62,092 nt of DNA, filler included, from 3 parts of 3 records of this genome joined end to end with filler, not necessarily neighbours in it; one strand, 5' to 3'; positions 20,330 through 31,201 are shown, counted from the first letter of the whole stretch. Notes: generated by a model from the letters alone, not told the origin. Program-made: numbers and translations.

Positions 20330-23300
20330 TCATTCGTGGCCTTCTTCCTCGCCGGCCCGTGGGTCGACTTGAAGGCTCGCCAAATAGGCAACCAAATCAC
20401 GCAATTCGCGGGCGGTCATCTGCTCAGTCAATCCAGCGGGCATCGATGACTTGCCTTTCTTCCGAGCGATGATGTAGTCCTTCTCGATCCGAGACCGTGA
20501 CCCGTCGGCGGCGATCAGTTCAATCACGTCGTCGGTTTCCGCTCCCACAATCCCGGTGAAGACCTGTCCATCTTCGTCCGCAATCACAGCCGTCTCGAAC
20601 CCTTCTGCGATCTTTGCATCCGGCAGAGCGATCGCTTCCAGCAACGTGCGACGGTCTCGCGTTTTGCCAATCGTTGTCAGGACCGGACCAACTTCACCGC
20701 CCGCGCGATCCACTTTGTGACAACGCACACACGAAAGTTCGGTCTTGCCGAAGAACAGCTTCGCTCCCTTGTCGGGATCACCACCGTGCAACGAATCCAT
20801 CCACTTCGCCAATGGTTCCGTCGTCGCCAATTGCTCTCGATGAGCGGCGATCTTGGCGTTCCAGTCTTCAGGCAAACGTTTCGCGGCGGCTTCAACCAGG
20901 TTCAACTGAACATCGGCCGGAAGATCGTTTTCGAGGTAAGCGTTCACACCTTTGATGATGTGCTCGAGGGCCTCTTTCGACTCCACGTTGGCCAACAAGT
21001 CCCAAGCCAACCCTCGAACGAGTTGGCTCTCGGTCGCCGTCGCGGCAATGAAGCGATCAACGGACGCGGGACCATCATGCTTGCCCAAAACGGAGAGTGC
21101 CGCGGTGACCAACTGAGTCGGTTGCTCGAGATCGATCGCCCGAGCGATCTGGACCGCTTGAGCGGGTTGCAAACGAGCCAACGCCGTCAATGCCGACGCT
21201 CGTGATGCGGGTCGCGATTGAGCGTCATTGGTGCGTGCAATCAACTGCGGAGCGATCTTCTTGATCCCAAGTTTGGATCCGACATCGATCGCTTTTTCGC
21301 GAACCGTTTGGTCGGTGATCATCAAGACTTCGATGTGCTTGGCCAAAGCTTCACGAGCGACGATTTCAGGACGACTTTCCAAAGGTCGATATTCGTTCGT
21401 GACTCGGTCACGCGGATCCGGAGTGGCCCAATTGGCCAACATGTCGATCGCTTCGATTCGAGCCCATGTCGGCTTTTCACCCGACGCAGCGAAGGACGCC
21501 AGAGCCGCGGCGGAGTCTGCCGTGCCGATTCGGTAATTGGCCGCCAACACGCGACGCAACAACGCCTCCGAATTCAGTGGCAAATCCGCGACCAAAATCA
21601 ACTTCGCCAACTCGTCCACCCCAGCCGGAATTGGTCGGTCATGAATTGCCATCGCGGCTTCCGCCAAGACCAGTGAACTGGCGTCGGACAAAAATGCCGT
21701 CACCTTCTCGCTGCCTTGACCACGAAGAGCGGCGATGGCGGCTCGGCGAACGGGAACACTGCTGTGCGTCGCCAATCCTGCCAACATGTCTTCCGATGCA
21801 ACACGTCGCAGGAAAAACGTGCAGGCGTGACGGAGGGCAGGATCGTCGTTATCGTTCTCCGCCAAAATCTGCAAGACACTGCCGATCGCTTGCTGATTAG
21901 CAGAAGCGTTGCCAGCTTGCGAAGTCAACAATTCGGACAATGACATCGCGGCAAAGTATTTCACACGAGGCGATCCGTCAGCCAACAACTCGCTGATCTT
22001 CGCGACTGATTCGGCATCGTTCCGATCGCCTGCCAAAGCACAGGAGGCGGCACGAATGACCGGGTCGGAATCGGTCAACCAACCGCGATTGGCGGCCAAC
22101 ACATCCGCTTGCTTCGAACCATCCAAACGCACCGCGTGCTCGCATCCCCAAATGCCGTGCAAACGAAAACGAGCGTCCAAGTCAGTCGCTGATGCGATGT
22201 CGATCAGGGGTTGCGTTTCACCGCGGCTGGCGAGTTCCCACTGAGCATTCAAACGCACTCGACGATCGATGTGGCGAAGTTGCTCGGTCAGATCCTCCAC
22301 CGATGCGGGGGTGATATCATCACTGAGCAGTTCCTTGACTTCCGTCACAACATCAGTGTCTTGCTGTGCCGGGTCACTCAGCTTGTACAAGCGTCCTTTG
22401 CCAAGTCCGTCCCAACCGTCGACCCAGTCGCTGACCAGAAGCTCACCCGAAGGAGTGAAAGCAACGTCAGTCGCGAGAATGTTCCAAATCGGCTGGTCAT
22501 CGGCGCCCATTTTGTAAAAGGCCCCATCGGGATCCACCGAGAACGACCGGATGCCGCTATTGGATGGGCCGCCACGGAAATCACAAATCAGAAATTGATT
22601 GTCGAGTTGTTCCCCGAATCCGGTGCCCGGATAAAAGGCGAGTCCCGATGGTCCGTCGGTGAAGTTGATGATTGGCGGAACAAGGTGAGCCGGTTGTTCA
22701 TTGTGGTGCGGCTCCCAAATCTTCAAACGATTGAAAGGTCCGCGATCAGGCAAGTACTGATAGTGCATCCGCCAACCCGTGTCGCCACCTTCCAACAAAT
22801 GAACCAAACGGGCTTTGTCGCCACTGTCGGAGTTGTTGTCGACGGTGAACCAGTCGCCGATGTCGTTGAAGGCCAATTCCTGCGGATTCCGCAAACCGTT
22901 GCAATAAACTTCCAACTGGCTGCCGTCCATTTCGCAACGGAACACAGCGCCGACGGCTGGGTTGGACAACAGCTTTCCTTCGGGAGTCGTCACGTGGTAA
23001 CCACGGTCTCCGATCGAGAAGTACAAACGCCCGTCATAGCCTCGGATCAACCCGTGCATGTCGTGACCACGGAAAGCGACTCGGACGCCATACCCATCCG
23101 ATAACACTTGCGAATCTTCCGCGACGCCGTCGTCATCCGCGTCGGTCAATTTCCAAAGTTTGGGAATGCAGGTGTAATAGATATCCGAACCGTTGATCAG
23201 AACGCCCGCGCCGGTCCCTTCTTCCAAACCGTTGAAGCCATCGGCCACGACGGTGGACTCATCGGCGACACCATCGCCGTCGGTGTCCGTTAACCGGCGG

Positions 23301-23908
23301 ATACGATCGTCATGTTGTGCGTAAGTGATCGCCGCTTCGCCGAGCAACCGTTTGTGGTAATCAATTCGGTCTTGAACTGTCTCGGCCGACAAATCGGCCA
23401 GCAACCACTCGTCGTCGTGACCTCGGTTGTCCGTCACGCCGCGATTTTGCCGGTAGCTTTCGCAAACGTAGACTCGGCCCTTCGAATCCACGCCAAACGC
23501 GACGATGTTGGCGACTTGGGGCTCGGCCGCGAAAAGTTTGATTTCCCAGCCCTCAGGGATCTTGAATCCCGCCATCGCCTGGGCCGCTTCTTCGGACGCC
23601 TCGGCGATTTCCGGTTCCAGCGCTTCGGGTTTGGTATTCGTCACCGCCGCGGCAGCTGGCTCGTCGGCACTCACCGAGCCGATCGAATTGGCACCACTGA
23701 GAACGGCACAGACCGGCATCGCAGCGACGATGAGGCCGAGCCCGATTGCGGAGCGAAAGAAGGAAGACGGACGCCGCGACCGACGCAAAGAACGGGAAAA
23801 CGAGCGAGAGGGGAAAGCAATTGGCGACGACATAGTGCTGATAAGAGACCTCATTGGGCGGCGGCGAGCGGTATGTATAGAATAACTGGGGCTTGGAAAG
23901 ATGGACAA
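20330..23908 (-). CDS. PVC-type haem-binding CxxCH protein (beta-propeller dehydrogenase-like + HEAT + cytochrome c); start uncertain
   Basis: LFAAEPQV, DTDGDGVAD, GLRNPQEL propeller motifs; HEAT-like repeats; SCVRCH and KSSMP. Confidence 0.88.
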   Translation of the reverse strand: MSIFPSPSYSIHTARRRPMRSLISTMSSPIAFPSRSFSRSLRRSRRPSSFFRSAIGLGLIVAAMPVCAVLSGANSIGSVSADEPAAAAVTNTKPEALEPEIAEASEEAAQAMAGFKIPEGWEIKLFAAEPQVANIVAFGVDSKGRVYVCESYRQNRGVTDNRGHDDEWLLADLSAETVQDRIDYHKRLLGEAAITYAQHDDRIRRLTDTDGDGVADESTVVADGFNGLEEGTGAGVLINGSDIYYTCIPKLWKLTDADDDGVAEDSQVLSDGYGVRVAFRGHDMHGLIRGYDGRLYFSIGDRGYHVTTPEGKLLSNPAVGAVFRCEMDGSQLEVYCNGLRNPQELAFNDIGDWFTVDNNSDSGDKARLVHLLEGGDTGWRMHYQYLPDRGPFNRLKIWEPHHNEQPAHLVPPIINFTDGPSGLAFYPGTGFGEQLDNQFLICDFRGGPSNSGIRSFSVDPDGAFYKMGADDQPIWNILATDVAFTPSGELLVSDWVDGWDGLGKGRLYKLSDPAQQDTDVVTEVKELLSDDITPASVEDLTEQLRHIDRRVRLNAQWELASRGETQPLIDIASATDLDARFRLHGIWGCEHAVRLDGSKQADVLAANRGWLTDSDPVIRAASCALAGDRNDAESVAKISELLADGSPRVKYFAAMSLSELLTSQAGNASANQQAIGSVLQILAENDNDDPALRHACTFFLRRVASEDMLAGLATHSSVPVRRAAIAALRGQGSEKVTAFLSDASSLVLAEAAMAIHDRPIPAGVDELAKLILVADLPLNSEALLRRVLAANYRIGTADSAAALASFAASGEKPTWARIEAIDMLANWATPDPRDRVTNEYRPLESRPEIVAREALAKHIEVLMITDQTVREKAIDVGSKLGIKKIAPQLIARTNDAQSRPASRASALTALARLQPAQAVQIARAIDLEQPTQLVTAALSVLGKHDGPASVDRFIAATATESQLVRGLAWDLLANVESKEALEHIIKGVNAYLENDLPADVQLNLVEAAAKRLPEDWNAKIAAHREQLATTEPLAKWMDSLHGGDPDKGAKLFFGKTELSCVRCHKVDRAGGEVGPVLTTIGKTRDRRTLLEAIALPDAKIAEGFETAVIADEDGQVFTGIVGAETDDVIELIAADGSRSRIEKDYIIARKKGKSSMPAGLTEQMTARELRDLVAYLASLQVDPRAGEEEGHE

Positions 23909-23991
23909 GGATTAACCGTCCAGCATCTGGCATTCCAACCGAATATTTGCCTGTCAAACTTCTTGGTCTCCATCCCGAAGTCACCGTTTCA

Positions 23992-24408
23992 ATGAGTGAA
24001 CCGAACCCTTCGCCGCCACCATCGGATCAAGCCACTTCCGAGGCCGCTTCGTCTTCGCAAGCAGCAGGCGATCTGTCCGCGAGCGCTGAATCGAGCGAGA
24101 TCCGGCGTGGCAGCCCCTTCGCGGCGGGAACCGATCGCCCCGTCATCGCCGCGACCATTCCGTTTCATCAAGAAGAAGTCTGGGTGCCCGAGTCCGGCAT
24201 TCTGCAAGCGAGCGTCATCGCCGCACTGATCGTGCTGGTGTTCTCGGTTGCCTGCTGGCGATTGTTTCCGGCTGGCGGCATCCTGGTCACGGGACTGGGT
24301 TGCGGCCTTTCGATCCTCGGAATGTTCTCATCCCGACTCGTCGGTGCCGCACTCTGCCTGATCGCCCACTCGGTCCTCTTCGCCGCATGCTACATGCAGA
24401 TGATGTAG
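23992..24408 (+). CDS. Hypothetical membrane protein
   Basis: Disordered N-terminus then three hydrophobic segments. Confidence 0.65.
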   Translation: MSEPNPSPPPSDQATSEAASSSQAAGDLSASAESSEIRRGSPFAAGTDRPVIAATIPFHQEEVWVPESGILQASVIAALIVLVFSVACWRLFPAGGILVTGLGCGLSILGMFSSRLVGAALCLIAHSVLFAACYMQMM

Positions 24409-24492
24409 TAGGGAGTGGAAAGGGGCTCAGGGCCTCAGGAGCACAGGGATTCGTTTCGAATCGGTGTGATACTTGGCGGGGCCTTTTGACGC

Positions 24493-27400
24493 TCAGCGGT
24501 TGTTGGCTTGCGGGCGATTGGCGACGCTTGGTGCGGCGTCGGGGCTCAATGCTAGGGCCAACCAACCGTCACGAAGCTCCAACTGACTGACGACCAGATC
24601 CTGCATCGCTGGATGCTCGACCAACTTTGGCGTCGTCAACGGAATCACTCGATCTTCCGCCAACACTTTGTTGAAGACCGCTCGAATTGGCAGTCGTTGT
24701 CGCATCGACATGCCCGGGCCACTGACTCGCAGGTGCCCATCTCGAACCAGCCTCGCGTTGAGCCCGTCGATCTCAGGTTTGTAAGCTGCCCGAACAATGA
24801 ATCGCGTTAGCTTCGGACTGCCCGGTTGGCTCAATCGAACCACACGCAGCGTCAGCCACATCTTGCCGTCTTCGATTTCAATCGTCATTGGCCGCGTCGG
24901 CGAGAACGCGATTTCAGCATCACCTGGAACTTCCTCCGGCAACGTCGCACCTTCTTTGCCAAACAAAGCAAACGTATCGGTGTAAAGCTGATCAAACGTT
25001 TTGACTTCGCCGCGAGGAAGAATTTGTTCCAACGTGTTGTTGATTGCCGATTGGTGCATCTGCAAACTCAACCAGCTGTCATTCCACGCGCGAGGACGAG
25101 GTGTGTGAGCGGCGAGTTGCCAATCACCGGCCAAACGATACCGAGCGATCAAACGTTCCGACGTGGTCTCCAAGTCGATCACCGTCGGTGACAACTCCAA
25201 ACGTCCAAGCGGTCCGAGCACGAGGTCGTCCCACTTCTCTTCCGCCTTTGACGTCTGATTTCCCAATTCCGATTGAGTCTGCGTTGTGACTTCATCTCGA
25301 ATTTGTTGACGTGTTCGTTGATTCGCCAACGACTTGGTGTCTTCGTACTTCTTTTCCGCAATGCCGCGAACCAAGGATCCAATCAACGGCCACTGGTTGA
25401 CCTTGGAATCCACCCGCTGCAATCGGTTGTCGGCGTTGACCTGCACTTCGGTGCCGCCAACGGTCAAACCACCGGGCGTGATACGAATCGGAGTCGACGC
25501 ATCAAACTCGGCCCAACCATTGGCATGAACAGTCACGCCACTTTGCTGAGCGTAGCTGCGTGTTGACACGTCACCTCGCGTCAACAAATCGATGCTCCAT
25601 TGTCCAGGCACAGGGTTTAAACGCAGATCCATCGCGGTGCTGACGTTGCTGGTTCCTCGCACGGGCGTTCCGGCAACTCGGGTCGCGATCGGTGACGTGC
25701 GATCAGGAACCGATGGGATCAATCGCTCGATCAATTTCGCCGAGATCGCGGTTCGAACATTTGCATTTCGGTAGTTCAGATCAATTGCTTTGGCGACTCG
25801 AGCCGCGTGAGCGTCGTCTGAAAACCGCAGTGATTGAAACGCGTTGGTGACCTTCACAGCCGCCAAATCAATCGCGTCGGCTTCGGCTCGTTCCAAGTCT
25901 TGCAGCAACGCGACGTAGTCAATCGGGATCGCACTCCACGTCTTCATGGCTTCGGTCAATTGCAACAGTGCAGCTTGACTCAACCATTCCTCGTGCTCGG
26001 GTGCCAATCGCTTCGACGTGATTCGCGAAAGATATCGCTGGGCCGTCAAGGCACGCTCGTCCATGTCATCCGACGAAGCGAGCGTTTGAATTTTGTCAAG
26101 CAACAGGAACGTCGTCCAACCATTCGGATCACCCGTCTCAGGCAATTTCTCACGGACATCGCGAATCAGTTGGTGCACATCAAACCGTTCGTGCACCTTG
26201 TTTCGACTGTGCAAGGTCAACGTCTCGTTCGGCAGGGTGCCGGACGGTTCGAAGGAACCCGCATGGCCGCGAGCCAACTGCCAAATCGATGCCCACACAC
26301 TTGTGCGACGCGACAACGAATGAGATGCCTGCAACCAACGCACTTGCTGGTCACGTTCAGGAGCTCGTTCAGCCAACTGCAATCCCGCAGCGGCCAACGA
26401 CGATAACTCACGCAGGATCGGCCCAGCGTCTTGTTCGCCCAGTCGAGCGAGTTGGCGAAGCTGGCTCAGTCGCTCGTCGACTTCCTCGGCCCAGCGTCCC
26501 ATCACGATCGAGGTCGCCTGACGACGCATCGCTTCGGCGGAAGAGATCGATCCGTTATGCAGGTCTCCGGTCCGAAGCATTTCGTCATGAGCGGTCTTCA
26601 AATCGGTTCGCTCGATATCGACCGAAGTCAGCAACACATCGCTCAACTCTTCATTGGCATCCAAAGCCAAATTCGCATGCGATGACAATTCCGACAATTC
26701 CAATCGCAGTTGTTTCGGAAGTGGCCAACCGGTCGCATGGTGCGTTTTCGCTGCACTCGCATTTTCGGCCGGTGAAACAACAGGTGGACGGACAAAGCGG
26801 GGCAAGTCCAAATTCAATTGCGGAACGTCCGCGGCTCGCACGCTTGGTTTTGCCAGGACCACAACCGAATCGGGAATCAACGAAGCGGATTTGTCGTCCG
26901 CGTCTTGCGAGCCCGTGTGGAACATTTCCGCGGGCAGCGAAACCGATTCGGATTGCTTTGTCGTCGGGTCTTCCAATCCGGGGGACAACGAGGCGGGAAC
27001 CGCAGCGGAAATCTGTTCCAGAGCAGGTTCCAGCTCCAAAGCTTCAGAAAATCCAGCCAGCTCCGTTTCGAGGTCAATCACCGGGGCCTGCAACACACCG
27101 GGTGATTCCGGCGCATCGTCGGCCAAACGCTCGGGTAATGACAATCCTCGACCGCCACGGTCAGGACGATGTGCGTCTTCAGCGGGCGTTTCAGGCGATT
27201 TCACGTCCGCTTGATTGAGCGGCGTCAATGGTTCAGGAGCGCCAAACCCATGCTGAGTCGACGAAGAAAAATCGTCGGGCCGGTTGGGCGTGTCGGCGTC
27301 CCACGCGAGAACGTTTTCTTCCGATGTCAGATATGTATCACCGTCATCAGGTGTCGCAGCCAAATCGGCATCGTCGGATCGGTCGAATCCAATTTTGCCG

Positions 27401-27525
27401 AACACAGCGTCCGGGTCGATCAAACCGGTCGACTTCAGAAGATAGGGCGAAGTGGTGGCTGCGATGACGGCGATGGATGCCGTGATTGGCCACAACAACA
27501 GCGATCGTCGGGAATCCTGACGCAT
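24493..27525 (-). CDS. Large Planctomycete-type hypothetical protein with N-terminal anchor
   Basis: About 1010-aa ORF; TM/signal, acidic disordered region, helical middle, beta-rich C-terminus. Confidence 0.8.
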   Translation of the reverse strand: MRQDSRRSLLLWPITASIAVIAATTSPYLLKSTGLIDPDAVFGKIGFDRSDDADLAATPDDGDTYLTSEENVLAWDADTPNRPDDFSSSTQHGFGAPEPLTPLNQADVKSPETPAEDAHRPDRGGRGLSLPERLADDAPESPGVLQAPVIDLETELAGFSEALELEPALEQISAAVPASLSPGLEDPTTKQSESVSLPAEMFHTGSQDADDKSASLIPDSVVVLAKPSVRAADVPQLNLDLPRFVRPPVVSPAENASAAKTHHATGWPLPKQLRLELSELSSHANLALDANEELSDVLLTSVDIERTDLKTAHDEMLRTGDLHNGSISSAEAMRRQATSIVMGRWAEEVDERLSQLRQLARLGEQDAGPILRELSSLAAAGLQLAERAPERDQQVRWLQASHSLSRRTSVWASIWQLARGHAGSFEPSGTLPNETLTLHSRNKVHERFDVHQLIRDVREKLPETGDPNGWTTFLLLDKIQTLASSDDMDERALTAQRYLSRITSKRLAPEHEEWLSQAALLQLTEAMKTWSAIPIDYVALLQDLERAEADAIDLAAVKVTNAFQSLRFSDDAHAARVAKAIDLNYRNANVRTAISAKLIERLIPSVPDRTSPIATRVAGTPVRGTSNVSTAMDLRLNPVPGQWSIDLLTRGDVSTRSYAQQSGVTVHANGWAEFDASTPIRITPGGLTVGGTEVQVNADNRLQRVDSKVNQWPLIGSLVRGIAEKKYEDTKSLANQRTRQQIRDEVTTQTQSELGNQTSKAEEKWDDLVLGPLGRLELSPTVIDLETTSERLIARYRLAGDWQLAAHTPRPRAWNDSWLSLQMHQSAINNTLEQILPRGEVKTFDQLYTDTFALFGKEGATLPEEVPGDAEIAFSPTRPMTIEIEDGKMWLTLRVVRLSQPGSPKLTRFIVRAAYKPEIDGLNARLVRDGHLRVSGPGMSMRQRLPIRAVFNKVLAEDRVIPLTTPKLVEHPAMQDLVVSQLELRDGWLALALSPDAAPSVANRPQANNR

Positions 27526-27757
27526 TCGATGACTGATAATAGAGAGCAATTGAGAAGGCCGGCGACGAGACGATTTGCGCCGATCAAACGCTTATGCCTA
27601 AAATGGGCTCTCCAAACCAAGATGAATTCTGCCACCGATCGTCGCGATGCGAGGTTTGTTGCTCACAATGAGTGATTTTATTGCTTCGCCCGCTCACCAC
27701 GCGATGTTCAACTCGCCGAACGCGTGAAACGGATCGCGTGTGAAACTGCGGAACTCG

Positions 27758-28915
27758 TCAGTCATCATCCACATCTGAATCTGCCGTGGCGGTTTCCCAG
27801 TAGGAAGGAATCTCGCAAGCACGAATCGTGTGCCGGTCAGTTTCTCGTTCCGCGATCAAACGCTCTGTCAGTCCACCCTCGTTCAAAAAGCGACTGACGA
27901 CGGCGGTGCTTCCGTGTGTCACCCAAATATCCGCGGCTTCGCTCCATACGATCGCATTCATCAACCCCGACCAATCCACGTGGTCGCTCAGCACAAATCC
28001 GCGGTCGACCGCCCGACGCCGCCTCGCACCTCGGACCGCCATCCAACCGCTGGCCATCGCCGTGCTGACCGCTCCAAATTTCCGCATCCATGGTGTGCCA
28101 TGAGCGCTCGGCACCGCGACCACGATTGAACCCGCCCAATCCAGTTTCGCTGTTCGTTTGCGAGATCTTTTCTTCGGCGACGTTTCAGCGGACTCGTCCG
28201 AATCGAGTTTTGTTTCACTCGATTGCCCCGCCATTTCGATTCTACGTGTCACCGCCATCGTCTCGGGCAATTCCACTCCGGATTGACGATATGCCTGCAC
28301 GCCTTTCTCAACCGCACCGTGCGTGTAGATCGGACCAATGGAAGGATCCAAACCGGACAACAATCGCTGTGACTTACCAACCGCGTACCCGTACAGCAAG
28401 CAGCATTTTCCTTCCGCCGCCGATGTTCGCCACCAATCATTGATGTCGGCAAAGATCTCAACATCTTCACGCCACTGGTAAATCGGCAATCCAAAGGTCG
28501 ACTCCGTCACCAAAGTGTGGCACCGCACTGGTTCGAAATCGGCACACGTCGCATCCGATTGCAATTTGTAGTCTCCCGTGACGACGGCGACTTCGCCTCG
28601 ATATTCAAGTCGCACCTGAGCCGAACCGAGCATGTGCCCGGCCGGATGCAGAGAAACTTGGACGCCGCCAATCGTGCGTGGCTCGCCATATTCCAGGAAC
28701 TCAAATTCAGCTTCATTGCTCAGACGCATTCGCAAAATGGGTTCGCCGGGTCTGGCTGACAAATAGTGGCGACAACCCCATCTCGCGTGATCGCTGTGTC
28801 CGTGAGTGATCACGGCCCGATCGACCGGTCGAACGGGATCGACATAAAATCCGCCGATGGGACAATGCAGCCCGGCGGGGGTCGTTTCCAACAATTTTGG
28901 CCGTGGGCGTGTCAT
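27758..28915 (-). CDS. Ligase-associated DNA damage response exonuclease (MBL/beta-CASP)
   Basis: ITHGHSDHAR, PAGHMLGS, TGDYK, TESTFGLP, LSDHVDW, VTHG. Confidence 0.88.
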   Translation of the reverse strand: MTRPRPKLLETTPAGLHCPIGGFYVDPVRPVDRAVITHGHSDHARWGCRHYLSARPGEPILRMRLSNEAEFEFLEYGEPRTIGGVQVSLHPAGHMLGSAQVRLEYRGEVAVVTGDYKLQSDATCADFEPVRCHTLVTESTFGLPIYQWREDVEIFADINDWWRTSAAEGKCCLLYGYAVGKSQRLLSGLDPSIGPIYTHGAVEKGVQAYRQSGVELPETMAVTRRIEMAGQSSETKLDSDESAETSPKKRSRKRTAKLDWAGSIVVAVPSAHGTPWMRKFGAVSTAMASGWMAVRGARRRRAVDRGFVLSDHVDWSGLMNAIVWSEAADIWVTHGSTAVVSRFLNEGGLTERLIAERETDRHTIRACEIPSYWETATADSDVDDD

Positions 28916-29023
28916 GAAAGCGGCTGTGGCTGGTGAAGGCCGTCATCTGTACATGGGATGCGGACGGATTAAGGTTGGGCGAAAATCGAAGCGGCCCCCC
29001 GAACCGTTCCACTGTACCGCCGC

Positions 29024-29911
29024 GTGAACCACGCCGTAAAAAACGGCAAATTTGCAGCTGACAATCAACGACCGATCCACCATTGCCAATCCTTCCGGGA
29101 CCACCAAACAAACGTGACTCACCCCGATTCCTTGCCGCTTTCACGCCGAAATCGATTTCTGGTCAGCATCTTGTTGATCGGAATGCTGTTGACGATCGTT
29201 CTGCCGCCGCTCGCTTTTCAAGCACGTGGGGCTCGCGGGTTATCCCCATCGGTCGGAACATTGCTTTCGGTGATTTCGCCGATCGCCCAGATGTTTTACA
29301 TGGATCGCGGGTACGCCTTTTTCGCTCCCGATCCCGGCCCCAGCCACCTGATCCAGGCGTCTTCCGATGCCGGAGAAACGGTTCAGGTGTTTCCCGACCT
29401 CGACGAGCAGTGGCCCCGGCTGAAATACCACCGGCACTTCATGCTGGCTGAATTCCTGAATGACTCCTACCAGCCCGCATTGCCGCTGGAGGTCAGTCAA
29501 TTGATCGGCCCCGAGCTCAGTCCTGAAGAATTGCAAACGCTTCGTCTGGGCCGCAAACGATACGAACGCATCCTGGATTCGATGGTCCGGCACCTGGAGT
29601 CCACCGGCAAATCGGATGTCGCGATCGTGCGTCTGGAACACCAATTGCCTGATTTCGTCCTCTTCACTCAAGAGAACTTGTCCCTGACCGAAGAACGATC
29701 CTACGTCGAGCTGCCGGACGTTCCGATCACGTTGGAAGGACTGCTCGGTACCGCCGAAGCATTGCCTCAACCAGACGCCGAAAACGCGACTCCCATCGAT
29801 CCATCGAACTCGGAACCCGTCCCCGTGCCGGACGGCGAACGTAAAACCGACGCCGATTCCCCCATCGACGAAACGGATCAACCAGACGATACACAGGAGG
29901 ACGCGTCATGA
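29024..29911 (+). CDS. DUF5819/SdpA-like membrane-anchored protein (start uncertain, perhaps 29113)
   Basis: TM segment followed by GYAFFAPDP; 4-nt overlap with the HTTM gene. Confidence 0.6.
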   Translation: MNHAVKNGKFAADNQRPIHHCQSFRDHQTNVTHPDSLPLSRRNRFLVSILLIGMLLTIVLPPLAFQARGARGLSPSVGTLLSVISPIAQMFYMDRGYAFFAPDPGPSHLIQASSDAGETVQVFPDLDEQWPRLKYHRHFMLAEFLNDSYQPALPLEVSQLIGPELSPEELQTLRLGRKRYERILDSMVRHLESTGKSDVAIVRLEHQLPDFVLFTQENLSLTEERSYVELPDVPITLEGLLGTAEALPQPDAENATPIDPSNSEPVPVPDGERKTDADSPIDETDQPDDTQEDAS

Positions 29912-31182
29912 TGATCGAATCCTTCAAACAGTACGCCGCTTCATGGGTCGATGCATGGGATCGATTCTGGTTCACACCGCGCCACATCGACACGCTCGCC
30001 GTGCTGCGAATCGTGACCGGAGCGATGCTGTTGTATTCGCATTTGGTTCTCGCCACCGACTTTGCATCTTTCATCGGCACGGAAGCCTGGATCGACAACG
30101 AAACCAGCGCCCGATTGCACGACGGAACGCTTGGCGAGCAAACCGCGGCGTGGTCTTACCTTTGGCTGGTCGACAACGCGACGGTTCTATGGCTGAACCA
30201 CATCGCGACGATCTTGGTCACTACCTGTTTCATGGTTGGCTTCCTCACACGCGTGACCGGCCCACTGACATGGTTCCTTCAATTGATGGTGATTCATCGA
30301 TTGCTCGGCAGCCTCTTCGGTTTGGACCAAATCGTGACGTACTGCGCAATGTACTTGGCCTTCACTCCCTGCGGAGCGGTGTGGTCCCTCGACGCGAAAC
30401 TGCGACGTCGGTTCACGGACAATGGCGAGAAAACGCTGACCGGCCTGAAAGCTTGGTTGTTTCCGGCGGACAAGAAAACCATCACCGCCAACGTGGCGAC
30501 ACGTCTGCTGCAAATTCACCTGTGCGTGATCTACTTGTTCGGCGGAATCGCGAAGGCACGCGGTGAGCTTTGGTGGGATGGGACCGCGGTCTGGTTCGCC
30601 GTCGCCAACTACGAATATCAATCGCTCGACATGACGTTCCTGGGACGTTTTCCGCGGGTCTTCACGGCTTTGTCGCACATCACGATGTTCTGGGAAATCT
30701 TTTATTGTGCGATCATTTGGCCGCGACTGACGCGAGGAATCACACTGGCTCTCGCCGTAGCCGTCCACGGCGGAATCGCGTTGTTCCTGGGCATGATGAC
30801 ATTCGGAATCATGATGATTGGTGCCAACGGAATCTTCGTTTCGCCCGATTGGATTCGCCGGAAACGACTCGGCGACCTCGCCGAAGATGAGAACGATGAC
30901 GCATCCCTTTCCGGGGTGATGACATCGCTGGGTGGCGATCCAAATGGTGGTTCAAAGTCCGTCCAATTGCCGGCTGATTTGCAGCACCGCTTGGAAGAAT
31001 TGGAAGCAGCCGAAAAAGGCATCCAAAAGCGTTACGCGAAACTCAAACGTCGCGAAGCCAAGAACGAAGAACGCACCGAGCGCTTGATGGCAACACGCGA
31101 AAAGATCAAACAAAAGCTGGCCGATGGGAGCCTGTCGGCCGGTGATAGCGTTTTGAGAAACGACGATCTCAACGAGTCGTGA
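29908..31182 (+). CDS. HTTM-domain (SdpB / vitamin K-dependent carboxylase-like) membrane protein
   Basis: WDRFWF..LAVLRI, SLD, RLLQIHLCVIYLFGGIAK..G..WWDG, HGGIALFLGM; coiled-coil tail. Confidence 0.85.
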   Translation: MMIESFKQYAASWVDAWDRFWFTPRHIDTLAVLRIVTGAMLLYSHLVLATDFASFIGTEAWIDNETSARLHDGTLGEQTAAWSYLWLVDNATVLWLNHIATILVTTCFMVGFLTRVTGPLTWFLQLMVIHRLLGSLFGLDQIVTYCAMYLAFTPCGAVWSLDAKLRRRFTDNGEKTLTGLKAWLFPADKKTITANVATRLLQIHLCVIYLFGGIAKARGELWWDGTAVWFAVANYEYQSLDMTFLGRFPRVFTALSHITMFWEIFYCAIIWPRLTRGITLALAVAVHGGIALFLGMMTFGIMMIGANGIFVSPDWIRRKRLGDLAEDENDDASLSGVMTSLGGDPNGGSKSVQLPADLQHRLEELEAAEKGIQKRYAKLKRREAKNEERTERLMATREKIKQKLADGSLSAGDSVLRNDDLNES

Positions 31183-31201
31183 GTGGCGTTGCTTGCGCCA
31201 C

